Counted from the stretch's first letter, positions 28,225-40,418 are shown. The stretch is 64,000 bases of DNA from Halarcobacter sp. (GCA_963676565.1 OY781089.1:768001-832000), one strand, 5' to 3'. Made by a program: numbers and translations. Notes: a model not told the origin generated them from the letters alone.

Positions 28225-29295
28225 TTATATTTGACTAGCAAGTTCATCTGCTAGTTTTAACAATTCATCTTTTTCATTTAATCCATCAATAAATCTTTGA
28301 GGAATATTTTGAAAACCTACTTGTGCCCCAACTAAAGCACCTGTTAAGATAGATCTAGCTTGGTTTTGTCCTCCACCATTTAGAGCATGTAATATCGCAG
28401 ATTCAAAATCATTTTTAAATCTTGCTGCTAAATAATAACAAGCAGGAAGCATATGATAAATAGCACAAGGCATACCATATACAAGTGAAACTTTCCAAGC
28501 TGGTTCTATTTTTATATCTTCATCTTGTGCAGCTTGTGCCATATATGATGGAGATAAAAGTGCATCAGGTGAAGCAAAAAGTCCAATATTTGAAGGGGCT
28601 TTGCTTCCAGGTTTTGGTGCTTGTAAATTATCAGATGTTACAGCGTGAAAGGGAAGGTCACCACTTTTTACCATCTTCATAAGTTTTGTTGAAATATTTT
28701 TGTCTAATACTTCACCTTTTATAAGTTGGGCTAAAACTGCTCCAAAAGCCACTGTCATTGAACCAACAATATCATCAACTTGTGTTAAAAATGTATTATG
28801 TGAAATTGTTTTTGCTAACATTTTTGGTTCATATGCATATCTAATTGCTAAGGCTAAAGTTCGCTCAATAGCTTCTGTTGTATCAGCACGACTACCAACT
28901 TCATCCCATGAGAGTTTTTGCTCTACTCTTTGTCTGTAAACTTCTCTTATTGATTGAGAAGTATATCCTCCAGGGCCACTCATTGGATTTCCATCTATTT
29001 TTGTAAATAATTCAGTATCTAGTTTTTTACAGAAATCCTCTTGGTTATAACCATTATTATCAATTATTGATTTAATCATCAATTTTAAAATATATCCTGA
29101 TTGAGAAAGGTTACCTTTTTTTTCATTTTCATGGTATCTTCCTTTTTTAGGACTAGTAAAATCTGTTATCCATTTTCCATAATCTTTATATTGTTCTTCT
29201 AAATCATAATACCAGTGACATCCAAGTGCTATTGCATCACCAATAAAGGCACCTAGAATAGCACCTTTTGCTCTATCTTTTGTTGAGATTTCCAT
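28225..29295 (-). CDS. ADP-ribosylglycohydrolase / crystallin J1 family protein
   Basis: GAILGAFIGDAIA.G.HWYYD, FESAIL..LNGGG.N.AR...GALVGA..G...IP. Confidence 0.85.
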   Translation of the reverse strand: MEISTKDRAKGAILGAFIGDAIALGCHWYYDLEEQYKDYGKWITDFTSPKKGRYHENEKKGNLSQSGYILKLMIKSIIDNNGYNQEDFCKKLDTELFTKIDGNPMSGPGGYTSQSIREVYRQRVEQKLSWDEVGSRADTTEAIERTLALAIRYAYEPKMLAKTISHNTFLTQVDDIVGSMTVAFGAVLAQLIKGEVLDKNISTKLMKMVKSGDLPFHAVTSDNLQAPKPGSKAPSNIGLFASPDALLSPSYMAQAAQDEDIKIEPAWKVSLVYGMPCAIYHMLPACYYLAARFKNDFESAILHALNGGGQNQARSILTGALVGAQVGFQNIPQRFIDGLNEKDELLKLADELASQI

Positions 29296-29298
29296 TTC

Positions 29299-30066
29299 TC
29301 ATCCTTTAAATATTATACTATCCATAGATAAATTTCCATGCATATAAACGTTATTTGCACTTTCTCCAATTTTATCTTTAGAACTACCAATATTTATAAG
29401 TAATGGCAAAAAGTGTTCTAAAGTAGGGTGATTTTGTTTTAAGAGTGGTACCCGCTCAATTAGATTTTGATAATTTCCTACTTTTAAATTTTCTACAATA
29501 AAATCATGAAATTTTATTGAATAATCTTTTATATTTTTTGTATATTCATCTCTATGTCTATCCATAAGATTATGGGTTAATGTGCCACTTCCTATAATCA
29601 AGGTATCTTCTCTTAATGTTTGTAAGGTCTCACCCATTTTTAGATAATCTTCTTCAGTGAAATTTTGTGGAATTGATAATTGAAGAACTGGAATATCAGC
29701 ATTAGGGTACATAAATCTTAAAACTGACCAAACTCCATGATCATATCCACCTCTTGTGGTGTCTTTTTCAATATTTATCCCATTTTGTTCAAAGAGTGAA
29801 ATAATCTCATCACTCTTTTTTATATCATTTTTTGCTTCATATTTTAAACTATATAACTCATTTGGGAAACCATAAAAGTCATAGATTAAAGAGGGTGACT
29901 CTTCATATAATATCTTCAAATTTTTTGTCACCCAATGGGCAGATATTACCAAGATAAATTTAGGTTTTTTAAATGTTGATGGTAGGTTTTTAAAAAATTC
30001 TGTAGTACTATTATCTCTTAGCATCAACATTGGTGAACCATGTGACATAAATATACTTGGTAACAT
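29299..30066 (-). CDS. DODA-type extradiol ring-cleavage dioxygenase (YgiD/LigB family)
   Basis: FMSHGSPM, ISAHW, IYDFYGFP, GYDHG.W, GSGTLTHN, HPTLEHFLPL. Confidence 0.92.
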   Translation of the reverse strand: MLPSIFMSHGSPMLMLRDNSTTEFFKNLPSTFKKPKFILVISAHWVTKNLKILYEESPSLIYDFYGFPNELYSLKYEAKNDIKKSDEIISLFEQNGINIEKDTTRGGYDHGVWSVLRFMYPNADIPVLQLSIPQNFTEEDYLKMGETLQTLREDTLIIGSGTLTHNLMDRHRDEYTKNIKDYSIKFHDFIVENLKVGNYQNLIERVPLLKQNHPTLEHFLPLLINIGSSKDKIGESANNVYMHGNLSMDSIIFKG

Positions 30067-30093
30067 ATTTAATAAACCCCTTTCTTAAGAAAA

Positions 30094-30663
30094 TTAGTTA
30101 GATTGGATACCTTCTAAATCAATCATAATTTTTACATTTTCACTAACTACAACACCACCAGCTTCTAAAGCTTTGTTCCAGTTAACGCCATAATCTTTTC
30201 TATTGATTTCTCCAGTTATTGTTAAACCAGTTCTAACATTTCCCCATGGATCTGTAATTGTTGCCCCAGCTGTTTCTAAATCAAAAGCAACATCTTTAGT
30301 TACCCCTCTCATTGTAAATTTACCATAAGCTTTATTACCTTTTACCTCAGTTAATTCAAAAGTAATTGATGGGTATTTTTCTACAGCAAAAAAATCATCA
30401 GATTTTAAGTGTTTATCTCTTTTTTCATTGTCAGTATCTATTGAAGAAACATCTACTTTACCACTTAGTGCTTTAAGAGTATTCGTTTTTTCGTCATATT
30501 CAAACTTCCCTTCAAATTGATTAAAGCTTCCTGTAACATTTGAAATCATTAAGTGTTTAACTTTAAATTTTACATTTGAGTGACTTGGGTCAACAGTATA
30601 GCTTCCTGCATATAATGCACCTGCTGCTAAAATCGATGCCATTCCTAGTTTTATTAGTTTCAT
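30094..30663 (-). CDS. YceI family periplasmic polyisoprenoid-binding protein
   Basis: Signal peptide; VDPSHS.V.F.VKHLMIS.V.G.F, RDKHLKS.DFF, DPWGN.R. Confidence 0.94.
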   Translation of the reverse strand: MKLIKLGMASILAAGALYAGSYTVDPSHSNVKFKVKHLMISNVTGSFNQFEGKFEYDEKTNTLKALSGKVDVSSIDTDNEKRDKHLKSDDFFAVEKYPSITFELTEVKGNKAYGKFTMRGVTKDVAFDLETAGATITDPWGNVRTGLTITGEINRKDYGVNWNKALEAGGVVVSENVKIMIDLEGIQSN

Positions 30664-30683
30664 AATATATCTCCTTATTTTAA

Positions 30684-30699
30684 ATTACTAATTAGTAAT
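30684..30699. promoter_or_regulatory. Palindromic operator upstream of yceI (probable MarR site)
   Basis: ATTACTAATTAGTAAT perfect palindrome; core TACTAATTAGTA also occurs twice upstream of marR. Confidence 0.7.
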
Positions 30700-30720
30700 A
30701 TTAAGTTAAAAAAAAGTTTA

Positions 30721-31170
30721 CTAAGCTTTGTAAACTTTTCTCAACAAGCTGTATAAAGTATCTAACTCTTCCTCATCTAAAACATCCATATAATCATGGA
30801 TATTTTTTGCATGTTGGGGGAAAAGTGATTTCATTTTATCTTTACCTTTTTGGCTAATAGATAAAATACTTGCCCTTTTATCTTCAGGGTTTGGAAGTGA
30901 TGTAATCCATCCATCTCTTTTTAGGTTTTTTACAACAACTGTAATATTACCTGGTGTACTCATTGTAAATTTGGTAATAGCCCCAATAGATAAATCACCC
31001 CTATGATAAAGAACTTCAAGTACTTTAAACTGAATAAACGTCAAGTTATTTTCTGAAAAATATTTAATCTCTTGTGTAGCAAATCTATTATAAGTCTTTA
31101 CTATTTGAACCCATGTTTTCATTGCTTGGTCGGTTTTTTTACCGTAACTGATTAAACTTCTTTTTTCCAT
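30721..31170 (-). CDS. MarR family transcriptional regulator
   Basis: LTFIQF.VLE.LY, GNITVVVKNL..GWI, DKRA..SI..G winged helix. Confidence 0.92.
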   Translation of the reverse strand: MEKRSLISYGKKTDQAMKTWVQIVKTYNRFATQEIKYFSENNLTFIQFKVLEVLYHRGDLSIGAITKFTMSTPGNITVVVKNLKRDGWITSLPNPEDKRASILSISQKGKDKMKSLFPQHAKNIHDYMDVLDEEELDTLYSLLRKVYKA

Positions 31171-31188
31171 TTGATAACTCCTGCTGAA

Positions 31189-31248
31189 ATTATAATACTA
31201 ATTAGTAGTATTTGTCAAGGGCTTTTAGAATTATAGTACTAATTAGTA
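31189..31248 (-). promoter_or_regulatory. marR promoter with two palindromic operators
   Basis: Minus-strand TTGACA (31218-31213), 18-nt spacer, TATAAT (31194-31189); TACTAATTAGTA at 31196-31207 (inside the spacer) and 31237-31248. Confidence 0.7.
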
Positions 31249-31313
31249 TTAAAATGAAAGTGAAGAAGTCCCATTATAAGAGACTTCTAGAAATTTTAAA
31301 ATTTTTTAAAAAT

Positions 31314-31937
31314 TTAAGCTTTTTTTGCTGTAGACATAAAAATAGCTGCTAAAATTAAAAAAGAACCAGTAATTCTATTTTGAATTTTCATCGCTTTTAC
31401 ATCTTTTATTAAGAATTTCAATTTAGAAGCCATAGATGAATAACCTGTCATTACAAATATGTCAATAATGCATAAAGTTGTAACAATGATGAAAAACTGT
31501 AACCACAAAGATTCATTTGGATTTAAAAACTGAGGAATGAAAGCCACTAAAAAAACTGTAGCTTTTGCATTTGTTAAGTTTATTAAAGTTGAGGCCAAAA
31601 ATGATTTTTTAGCACTATAAGCTTTTAGTTGTTCACCCTCATCAACCATTTCAACTTTTTCAAAAATCTTTGAAAGTCCCAGATAAACTAAATAAATCAC
31701 TCCAATCCATTTGATTATATTAAAAAGCATAACTGATTTTAAAATAAGTGCACCAAGACCAATCACAACCACAAAAGTTTGTATAAATAGTCCAAGTTGT
31801 AAACCAAAAATTGCAGCATAAGATTTCTTTAACCCATATTTAATTCCATGATTCATTGAAACAACTGCACCAGCTCCTGGTGAAATTGAGATTGCTAAAG
31901 AAGCTAAGAAAAGAGTTATCCAAACATCAAATTCCAT
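31314..31937 (-). CDS. LysE/RhtB family amino acid exporter
   Basis: SISPGAG, IKWIG..YLVYLG, NLTN.KA..F..AFIPQF. Confidence 0.92.
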   Translation of the reverse strand: MEFDVWITLFLASLAISISPGAGAVVSMNHGIKYGLKKSYAAIFGLQLGLFIQTFVVVIGLGALILKSVMLFNIIKWIGVIYLVYLGLSKIFEKVEMVDEGEQLKAYSAKKSFLASTLINLTNAKATVFLVAFIPQFLNPNESLWLQFFIIVTTLCIIDIFVMTGYSSMASKLKFLIKDVKAMKIQNRITGSFLILAAIFMSTAKKA

Positions 31938-32080
31938 AAAAAACCTTTATTAATTATTTAGGAAATTATATTTTAAATAGAATAAAAAGACAAAAAAAGT
32001 GTTTAACCTCTTCGTAATAAAATTTTAGCTAATATATCATGCTTTACTAAAATGAGATTTAATTATAGAGGATAGAAGAT

Positions 32081-33184
32081 ATGCTTTTAACACCAGGACC
32101 AACTCCTGTACCAGAGTTTGTTAGAAAGGCAATGGCTGATGTAACAATCCATCACAGAACACCAGAGTTTGAAAAAATATTTGAAGAAACTAGAAATTTA
32201 TTATTAGAATTATTTGATATGCCTGAAGTAGTTATGCTTGCATCAAGTGGAACAGGAGCTATGGAAGCTTGTGTTACTAACTTAACAGCAAAAAAAGCTA
32301 TAACTGTAAATTCAGGAAAATTTGGGGACAGATTTGGGAAAATCTGTGATGCCCATGGAATTGAAAAAATTGAAATTAAAAATGAATGGGATACTCCCGT
32401 ATCTGTTGAAGCAGTTGTAGAAGCTGTAAAAAATGACAATGATATTGATGCAATATTTATTCAAATTTGTGAAAGTGCAGGGGGATTAAGACATCCTGTT
32501 GAGCAAATCGCTTCAGAAGTTAAAAAAATCAATCCTGATATCATGATTATTGCTGATGGAATTACTGCTATTGGTGTCGAAAAAGTTGATACTACATATT
32601 TAGATGCTGTAATTACTGGAAGTCAAAAGGCTTTAATGTTACCTCCAGGATTAGCAATTGTTGGTTTATCAAATAAAGCAGTAGAAAAAATTGAAGCTAC
32701 AAGCAAAGGTTATTATTTTAATCTTGCAACAGAAATTAAAAAACAAAGAACAAATACTACAGCATGGACAGCAGCTACTACTTTAACAATTGGACTTAGA
32801 GCAATTTTAAAAGAATTAAAGTCAATTGGATTTGAAAATTTATATGCTAATACAGCTAAAAGAGCTGAAGCTACAAGAAAAGCTTTAGAAGCAATTGGAT
32901 GTGAAATTTATCCAACAACTCCTGCAAATGCTATGACAACAATTTATACTGAGCATGCACCAGCAATTAGAAATATTTTAAAAACAAAATATGATGTAAA
33001 TATTGCAGGTGGACAAGACCATATTAAAAAATTAATTTTTAGAATCAATCATATGGGATTAGTAGAAGATTTTGAAGCTTCTTGGGCAGTAAATGCTATT
33101 GAGTTAGCATACGATGAATTAGGTTTAAGAAAATATGATGGAACAGCAAATAAAGTTTTTGCAGAAAAAATGTTTTTAGGGTAA
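32081..33184 (+). CDS. Class V PLP aminotransferase (alanine/serine-glyoxylate family)
   Basis: LLTPGPTPVP, SGTGAMEA, GSQKALMLPPG, FRINHMG. Confidence 0.92.
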   Translation: MLLTPGPTPVPEFVRKAMADVTIHHRTPEFEKIFEETRNLLLELFDMPEVVMLASSGTGAMEACVTNLTAKKAITVNSGKFGDRFGKICDAHGIEKIEIKNEWDTPVSVEAVVEAVKNDNDIDAIFIQICESAGGLRHPVEQIASEVKKINPDIMIIADGITAIGVEKVDTTYLDAVITGSQKALMLPPGLAIVGLSNKAVEKIEATSKGYYFNLATEIKKQRTNTTAWTAATTLTIGLRAILKELKSIGFENLYANTAKRAEATRKALEAIGCEIYPTTPANAMTTIYTEHAPAIRNILKTKYDVNIAGGQDHIKKLIFRINHMGLVEDFEASWAVNAIELAYDELGLRKYDGTANKVFAEKMFLG

Positions 33185-33186
33185 AT

Positions 33187-35285
<2,099 letters not shown>

Positions 35286-35289
35286 GCCA

Positions 35290-35841
35290 ATGAGAATGAA
35301 GTTACATCACACACCATATATCTCTAGAAGAATATCAAGAGATTTGGTAAACTGTGATCTAGTAGAAGTTAGAAAAACTAGAGAAGAAATTGCAGACGAA
35401 ATAGAGAAAATATTAGATCAAGATATTGAAAAAGAGCATGAATTAGATGAAAAAGTTGCGGATGTTTTAGAAGAGCAACAAGAAGAGATTGAGTATTTAA
35501 ATGCTGATTACAGACAACTTTTTTGGCTTGCTAAAAAAAGAATGGCTAATGAGTTTGGAGTTATATTAAATAATGAAGACAGATATTCTGATATTGCACA
35601 TAAAATATTAGATTATTTATGGGAAGAGGATTATATCCATTATACATGTTCAGATAATAAAATTAAAAATGTAATTTTTGAATCAATTGATGAGTTTTTA
35701 AAAGGCTTTGAAAGAGCTGATGATAAAGTTATGGAAAAGATTAAAAATTATAAAAGAAAACTTATTCCAGGAACAGATGAATACGATATTGTTTATCATA
35801 GATTATATGAAGAAGAACTAATTAAACGAGGGTTAATGTAA
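35290..35841 (+). CDS. DUF507 family protein
   Basis: Acidic helical protein with YKRKLIPGTDEY..VY.RLYEEEL..RGL tail, between purA and carA. Confidence 0.75.
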   Translation: MRMKLHHTPYISRRISRDLVNCDLVEVRKTREEIADEIEKILDQDIEKEHELDEKVADVLEEQQEEIEYLNADYRQLFWLAKKRMANEFGVILNNEDRYSDIAHKILDYLWEEDYIHYTCSDNKIKNVIFESIDEFLKGFERADDKVMEKIKNYKRKLIPGTDEYDIVYHRLYEEELIKRGLM

Positions 35842-35842
35842 A

Positions 35843-36961
35843 ATGCAAAAAGTATGGATTTATATTGAGAATGGTACGTTTTTAGAGGCTAACTCTTTTG
35901 GTGCTACTGGGACAACAGTGGGTGAGATTGTATTTAATACATCATTAACTGGTTATCAGGAGATAATAACAGATCCAAGTTATGCTGGACAATTTGTAAC
36001 TTTTACAATGCCAGAAATTGGAAATGTTGGAGTAAATGCTGATGATATGGAAAGTAAAACTGCATACTGTAAAGGTATTTTAGTTAGAAATTATCACCAT
36101 GAATACTCAAATTATAGAGCCGAAGGTGACTTAGATACATTATTAAAAGATAATAACGTTCTTGGAATTTGTAATATTGATACTAGATATTTAACTAAAA
36201 TGTTAAGAGATGAAGGAGCAATGATGATGATTGCTTCAACTGAAATTAGTGACAAAGATGAGTTAGCTAAAAAATTAAGTGAATCTCCAAGAATTGAAGA
36301 TATCAATTATATTAAAGAGGTTTCTACTAAAGAGGTTTATATCCATAAAAATGGAGCTTGGAATCATGAAGTTCAAGCTTACAATAAAGCAGTTATGAGT
36401 GATAAAAAAGTTGTAGTTGTTGATTTTGGTGTAAAAAGAAATATCTTAAATGAACTTGTTGAGTCAGGTCTTGAAGTTGAAGTAGTTCCATCTACATTTA
36501 AAGCAGAAGATTTAATTACAAGATTTGAAGCTGGTGAGATTGGAGGAATTTTCCTATCAAATGGCCCTGGTGATCCACTAACTTTAACAGAAGAGAAAAA
36601 AGAGGTTCAAAAACTTATTGATAAAAATATCCCAATGTTTGCAATTTGTTTAGGACATCAAATGCTTTCAATTGCACATGGTTTTGACACATATAAATTG
36701 AAATTTGGACAACATGGTGGTAACCATCCAGTTGCTAATAATGGAATTGTTGAAATCACTGCACAAAATCATAACTATAATGTTCCAGATAACATTACAG
36801 AAATTGCAGATATAACACATATAAATCTATTTGATAATACAATTGAAGGTGTTAAATATAAGAATAAACCAATATTCTCAGTTCAACATCACCCTGAAGC
36901 AAGTCCAGGTCCTCACGAATCAAAATATATTTTTAATGAATTCGCAAAAATAGTAAAATAA
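35843..36961 (+). CDS. carA: Carbamoyl-phosphate synthase small subunit
   Basis: GEIVFNT..TGYQE..TDPSY, SNGPGDP, ICLGHQ, QHHPEASPGP. Confidence 0.97.
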   Translation: MQKVWIYIENGTFLEANSFGATGTTVGEIVFNTSLTGYQEIITDPSYAGQFVTFTMPEIGNVGVNADDMESKTAYCKGILVRNYHHEYSNYRAEGDLDTLLKDNNVLGICNIDTRYLTKMLRDEGAMMMIASTEISDKDELAKKLSESPRIEDINYIKEVSTKEVYIHKNGAWNHEVQAYNKAVMSDKKVVVVDFGVKRNILNELVESGLEVEVVPSTFKAEDLITRFEAGEIGGIFLSNGPGDPLTLTEEKKEVQKLIDKNIPMFAICLGHQMLSIAHGFDTYKLKFGQHGGNHPVANNGIVEITAQNHNYNVPDNITEIADITHINLFDNTIEGVKYKNKPIFSVQHHPEASPGPHESKYIFNEFAKIVK

Positions 36962-36981
36962 GTTAACTTATTTTACTATTT
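36948..36981 (+). terminator. Palindromic hairpin at the end of carA
   Basis: AAATAGTAAAATAAG-TTAA-CTTATTTTACTATTT. Confidence 0.6.
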
Positions 36982-37005
36982 ATCATAAATACTCTAATCT
37001 AAATT

Positions 37006-37881
37006 TTGGAAACTAAAAAAGCTATATTTATTTTTTTATTACTTGGGATTGTTTGGGGAAGTAATTTTATATATATGAAATTAGCTACTGTTTATATAAG
37101 TGATTTACAAGTTGTATTCTTAAGAGTTTTATTTGGTTTTATCCCAGTTTTAATCTATACAATATATAAAAAAACCATGAGAATAGAACACTTTAAATAT
37201 GCTTTTCATTTTTTTATCATGTCCTTGCTTGGAGCATCTGTTTATTATTACTATTTTGTAAAAGCATCTTCATTACTTCTGTCAGGGATTACTGGTGCAC
37301 TTAGTGCTTCAGTTCCTTTATTCGCTTTTATTTTAGCCGTAATCTTTTTAAAAGATGAAAAGCTAGATAAAAGACTATTTGGAATATTAATTGGCTTAGT
37401 AGGGGTTATTTTAATTGCAAAACCCTATGAGTTTAATGTTTTTGAATCAAATATAGAAGGGATTAAAGCTATTATACTAGGTTCACTAGTTGTTGGTTCA
37501 TCTTTTGTATATGCAAAGAAGTTTATAAGTCCATTGAAAATACACTTTTCAGCACTTACAACTTATCAACTAGCTTTTGCTACTCTTACTTTATCTTTGT
37601 TTGTTGATTATAATGGAATATCTAATATTACTTCAAGTATGAATGTCTTATTAGGAACAATTATTGGATTAGGCTTGTTAGGGACTGGCTTAGCATTTAT
37701 ACTGTATTATTACCTAATTGAACATTTAGGTGCAGTTAGAGCTTCATCTGCTACTTATTTACCTCCAATTGTTGCATTGTTAATTGGTTATTTCATTGTG
37801 GGTGAAGATATAGATTTGATAGATTTAATGGGAACTGTTTTAATTTTATTTGGGGTTTATATGATAAATAGAAAAGTTTAA
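37006..37881 (+). CDS. DMT/EamA family transporter
   Basis: VWGSNF, about 10 TM segments, GTGLAFILYY.LI..LGA.RAS; TTG start uncertain. Confidence 0.88.
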   Translation: METKKAIFIFLLLGIVWGSNFIYMKLATVYISDLQVVFLRVLFGFIPVLIYTIYKKTMRIEHFKYAFHFFIMSLLGASVYYYYFVKASSLLLSGITGALSASVPLFAFILAVIFLKDEKLDKRLFGILIGLVGVILIAKPYEFNVFESNIEGIKAIILGSLVVGSSFVYAKKFISPLKIHFSALTTYQLAFATLTLSLFVDYNGISNITSSMNVLLGTIIGLGLLGTGLAFILYYYLIEHLGAVRASSATYLPPIVALLIGYFIVGEDIDLIDLMGTVLILFGVYMINRKV

Positions 37882-38348
37882 ATTAAAAACTTTTCTATTA
37901 ATTGATAAGTTCCTGCTGTAGCAATACCTGCTGCAATACCAGCTACAACATCATCTCCCATAACTCCCCAGCCACCTTCTACTTTTTCATCAATTCTTCC
38001 AATTATAGATGGTTTCCAAATATCAAATATTCTAAAGAAAATAAATGCTAAAGCAGCCATAATATAAAAGTTTTCTTCATTTATACCACAAATTGAAAGG
38101 GCAATCCACATACCAGCAAGTTCATCGATAACAATCTCTTTACTATCATGAACTCCTACTTCTTCTTCATAAATATTAATCTGTTTTACAGCAATAACAG
38201 TAATTAAAATTGCCAATAAAAAAAGTGTAGAAACATCAATTATTTGAAGTAGGGCTATACCTAAAATAAGAGCAAGAAAGCTTCCAACTGTTCCAGGTGC
38301 TTTTGGACTTAGTCCACTGTAAAATAAAGTTAAAAATAGTTTTCTCAT
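37878..38348 (-). CDS. pgpA: Phosphatidylglycerophosphatase A
   Basis: PKAPGT.GS, EIVIDE..GM, FRIFDIWKP, GVMGDD..AG. Confidence 0.95.
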   Translation of the reverse strand: MRKLFLTLFYSGLSPKAPGTVGSFLALILGIALLQIIDVSTLFLLAILITVIAVKQINIYEEEVGVHDSKEIVIDELAGMWIALSICGINEENFYIMAALAFIFFRIFDIWKPSIIGRIDEKVEGGWGVMGDDVVAGIAAGIATAGTYQLIEKFLI

Positions 38349-38356
38349 TAGTTCTC

Positions 38357-39241
38357 TTATTTCTTTTTTTCTATACTAAGTTTTTTTCTTTTTTCCCAAA
38401 GAGACTTTCTTGAGATACCAAGTTTTTTTGATAGTTCTGTATCAGGGTATTTAGTTTGATAAGATAATACCATCATTTTTACATAATCGTTGATTGTCAT
38501 AATAGAGTTTGTTGGCATCATATTGTCTTCTTTTTGGAAGTCAACTTTTGAATAAGGAAAATCTTCTTCTTTTTCCATTGAAACAATTACACACTTTTTA
38601 TCTTCAACAAGTCTATTTAGACTCTCTTTCGCACTTCTTTTTAATGTTTGATATTCTGTTAAGTATAAAATACCATTGAATTTATCATTTAAATGTTTTT
38701 GCCAATTTTCATCGCTAAGTGAAATAAACTTCATATGTAAGTTTAGTTTTCTCGATAATTCAAAAGTTAGTTTATCCGCAGCAATTTGCGAGTTTGTTTC
38801 AATTAATATAGGAAAAGATGTTGGAAGTATAGTACCAGCTGTATCTACATCTTTAAATTGAAAATCAAGATATTCCCTTAACGTAAATAACTCTTTTCTA
38901 AGTGATTTGCATTCTCTATAGTGATAAATTTTTCTAATAAGCTCATCCATAATAAATGGCTTCATAATATAATCTTTTGCACCCTCTTTAATTGGGTCAG
39001 TTACAGTTTCATCTGAAATATATGAAACTAATAAAAGGATAATTGAATCATTGTATCTTCTAATAATTGTTTTACATAATGCAGCTGGTAGAGATGTTGA
39101 TAAAAGGATAATATCATAATCCTTTGTTAAATTTTCAATGTTTGGTGATTCAACAAAATCACAATTATGACCATCATCTAATAATCTAGACACAACTTTT
39201 TGTGCTAAATAAATCTCACTCTCTATAATTAATATATTCAT
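38357..39241 (-). CDS. Atypical response regulator (receiver + degenerate central domain + Fis-like HTH)
   Basis: Start trimmed to MNILIIE; GAKDYIMKPF; C-terminal DTELSKKLGISRKSLWEK. Confidence 0.82.
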   Translation of the reverse strand: MNILIIESEIYLAQKVVSRLLDDGHNCDFVESPNIENLTKDYDIILLSTSLPAALCKTIIRRYNDSIILLLVSYISDETVTDPIKEGAKDYIMKPFIMDELIRKIYHYRECKSLRKELFTLREYLDFQFKDVDTAGTILPTSFPILIETNSQIAADKLTFELSRKLNLHMKFISLSDENWQKHLNDKFNGILYLTEYQTLKRSAKESLNRLVEDKKCVIVSMEKEEDFPYSKVDFQKEDNMMPTNSIMTINDYVKMMVLSYQTKYPDTELSKKLGISRKSLWEKRKKLSIEKKK

Positions 39242-40362
39242 TTTCTTTCCCACTCATAATATTTTAACGTTGCAATACTTTGCACTGCAACCCCCTCACT
39301 TCTACCAATAAATCCTAATTTTTCTGCTGTAGTTGCTTTAATATTTACAAATTGTTTTTCTAAATTTAAAAGTTCTGACATAGTAGATTTAATTTGATTT
39401 TTATATGGATTTATTTTTGGTTTTTGAGCTATTATTGTCAAATCAACATTTACAATTTCATATCCCACATTATAAATAAATTTAACAATATGCTTTAATA
39501 ACTCTTTTGAATCTACACCTTTATATCTTTCATCGGTATCTGGGAAAAATTCTCCAATATCCCCAGCACCACACGCCCCTAAAAGTGCATCTATAACTGA
39601 ATGTATTAGTACATCACCATCACTATGTGCTTTAAAACCATAGTCTACATCTATATTGACTCCACCAAGCCACATTTTTTTATTATTTTCAAATGGATGT
39701 ATATCAAAACCTGTTCCTGTGAAGAAGTTTTTTGATGGTGGTTTTATACATTCAATTGCTTGAATATCCTCTTCAAAAGTTAGTTTTTTACTTTTTAAAC
39801 TACCCTGTACGTAATAAACACTACCGCCTATATTTTTAATAGCACTACTATCATCTGTAAACTCTTCGTTTGTATTAAGAGCATTTTTTAAAATATCTGT
39901 ACGTGAGAGTTGTGGTGTTTGGATAAGTTTTACTTCATCTCGATTTATAGTGTCATTTTTAAAAACAACTGTGTCACTTACATTTAGTATTGGGACTATA
40001 CAGTCTGCATTGTTTTTAGCATCTATTAAGTTTGAGATAACATCTTTTGGTATGCAAGCCCTTGCAACATCAGTTACCATCACATAGTTAGTAGTAACCT
40101 CTTTTAGCGCATTTTTCATAGAAGATTGTCTAGTCTCTCCACCCTTTACGAAAGTTACATCATCCGTAAAGTTTCTCATATAGTTTAATTCATCTTCATG
40201 GGAAGCAATTATGATTTTATTAAAAGAGTAAAAACTTGAAAGTCTTTTTGTAACAAATAACCACAATGGAGAGTTTTCAGTTCTTAACCATTGTTTTTTT
40301 GAAGAAAGCTCGAATCTTGTGGAGTTTCCTGCACAAAGTAATATTAATGAAATATCTGACAC
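39238..40362 (-). CDS. ispDF: Bifunctional IspD/IspF
   Basis: LCAGNSTRF, GGETRQ.S, DVARA, QTPQ, TDDSS followed by GFDIH, HSDGDV..H...DALLGA, KATTAEKLG. Confidence 0.96.
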   Translation of the reverse strand: MSDISLILLCAGNSTRFELSSKKQWLRTENSPLWLFVTKRLSSFYSFNKIIIASHEDELNYMRNFTDDVTFVKGGETRQSSMKNALKEVTTNYVMVTDVARACIPKDVISNLIDAKNNADCIVPILNVSDTVVFKNDTINRDEVKLIQTPQLSRTDILKNALNTNEEFTDDSSAIKNIGGSVYYVQGSLKSKKLTFEEDIQAIECIKPPSKNFFTGTGFDIHPFENNKKMWLGGVNIDVDYGFKAHSDGDVLIHSVIDALLGACGAGDIGEFFPDTDERYKGVDSKELLKHIVKFIYNVGYEIVNVDLTIIAQKPKINPYKNQIKSTMSELLNLEKQFVNIKATTAEKLGFIGRSEGVAVQSIATLKYYEWERK

Positions 40363-40418
40363 AAAGACCCTTTGAGTAAAATAGTTACATATTATACTAA
40401 ATTGTAACTTATGAAACC

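Noticed and set aside
40383..40408. AGTTACA/TGTAACT inverted repeat upstream of ispDF
   Set aside because: Short AT-rich arms in a single copy; cannot distinguish operator, terminator or chance
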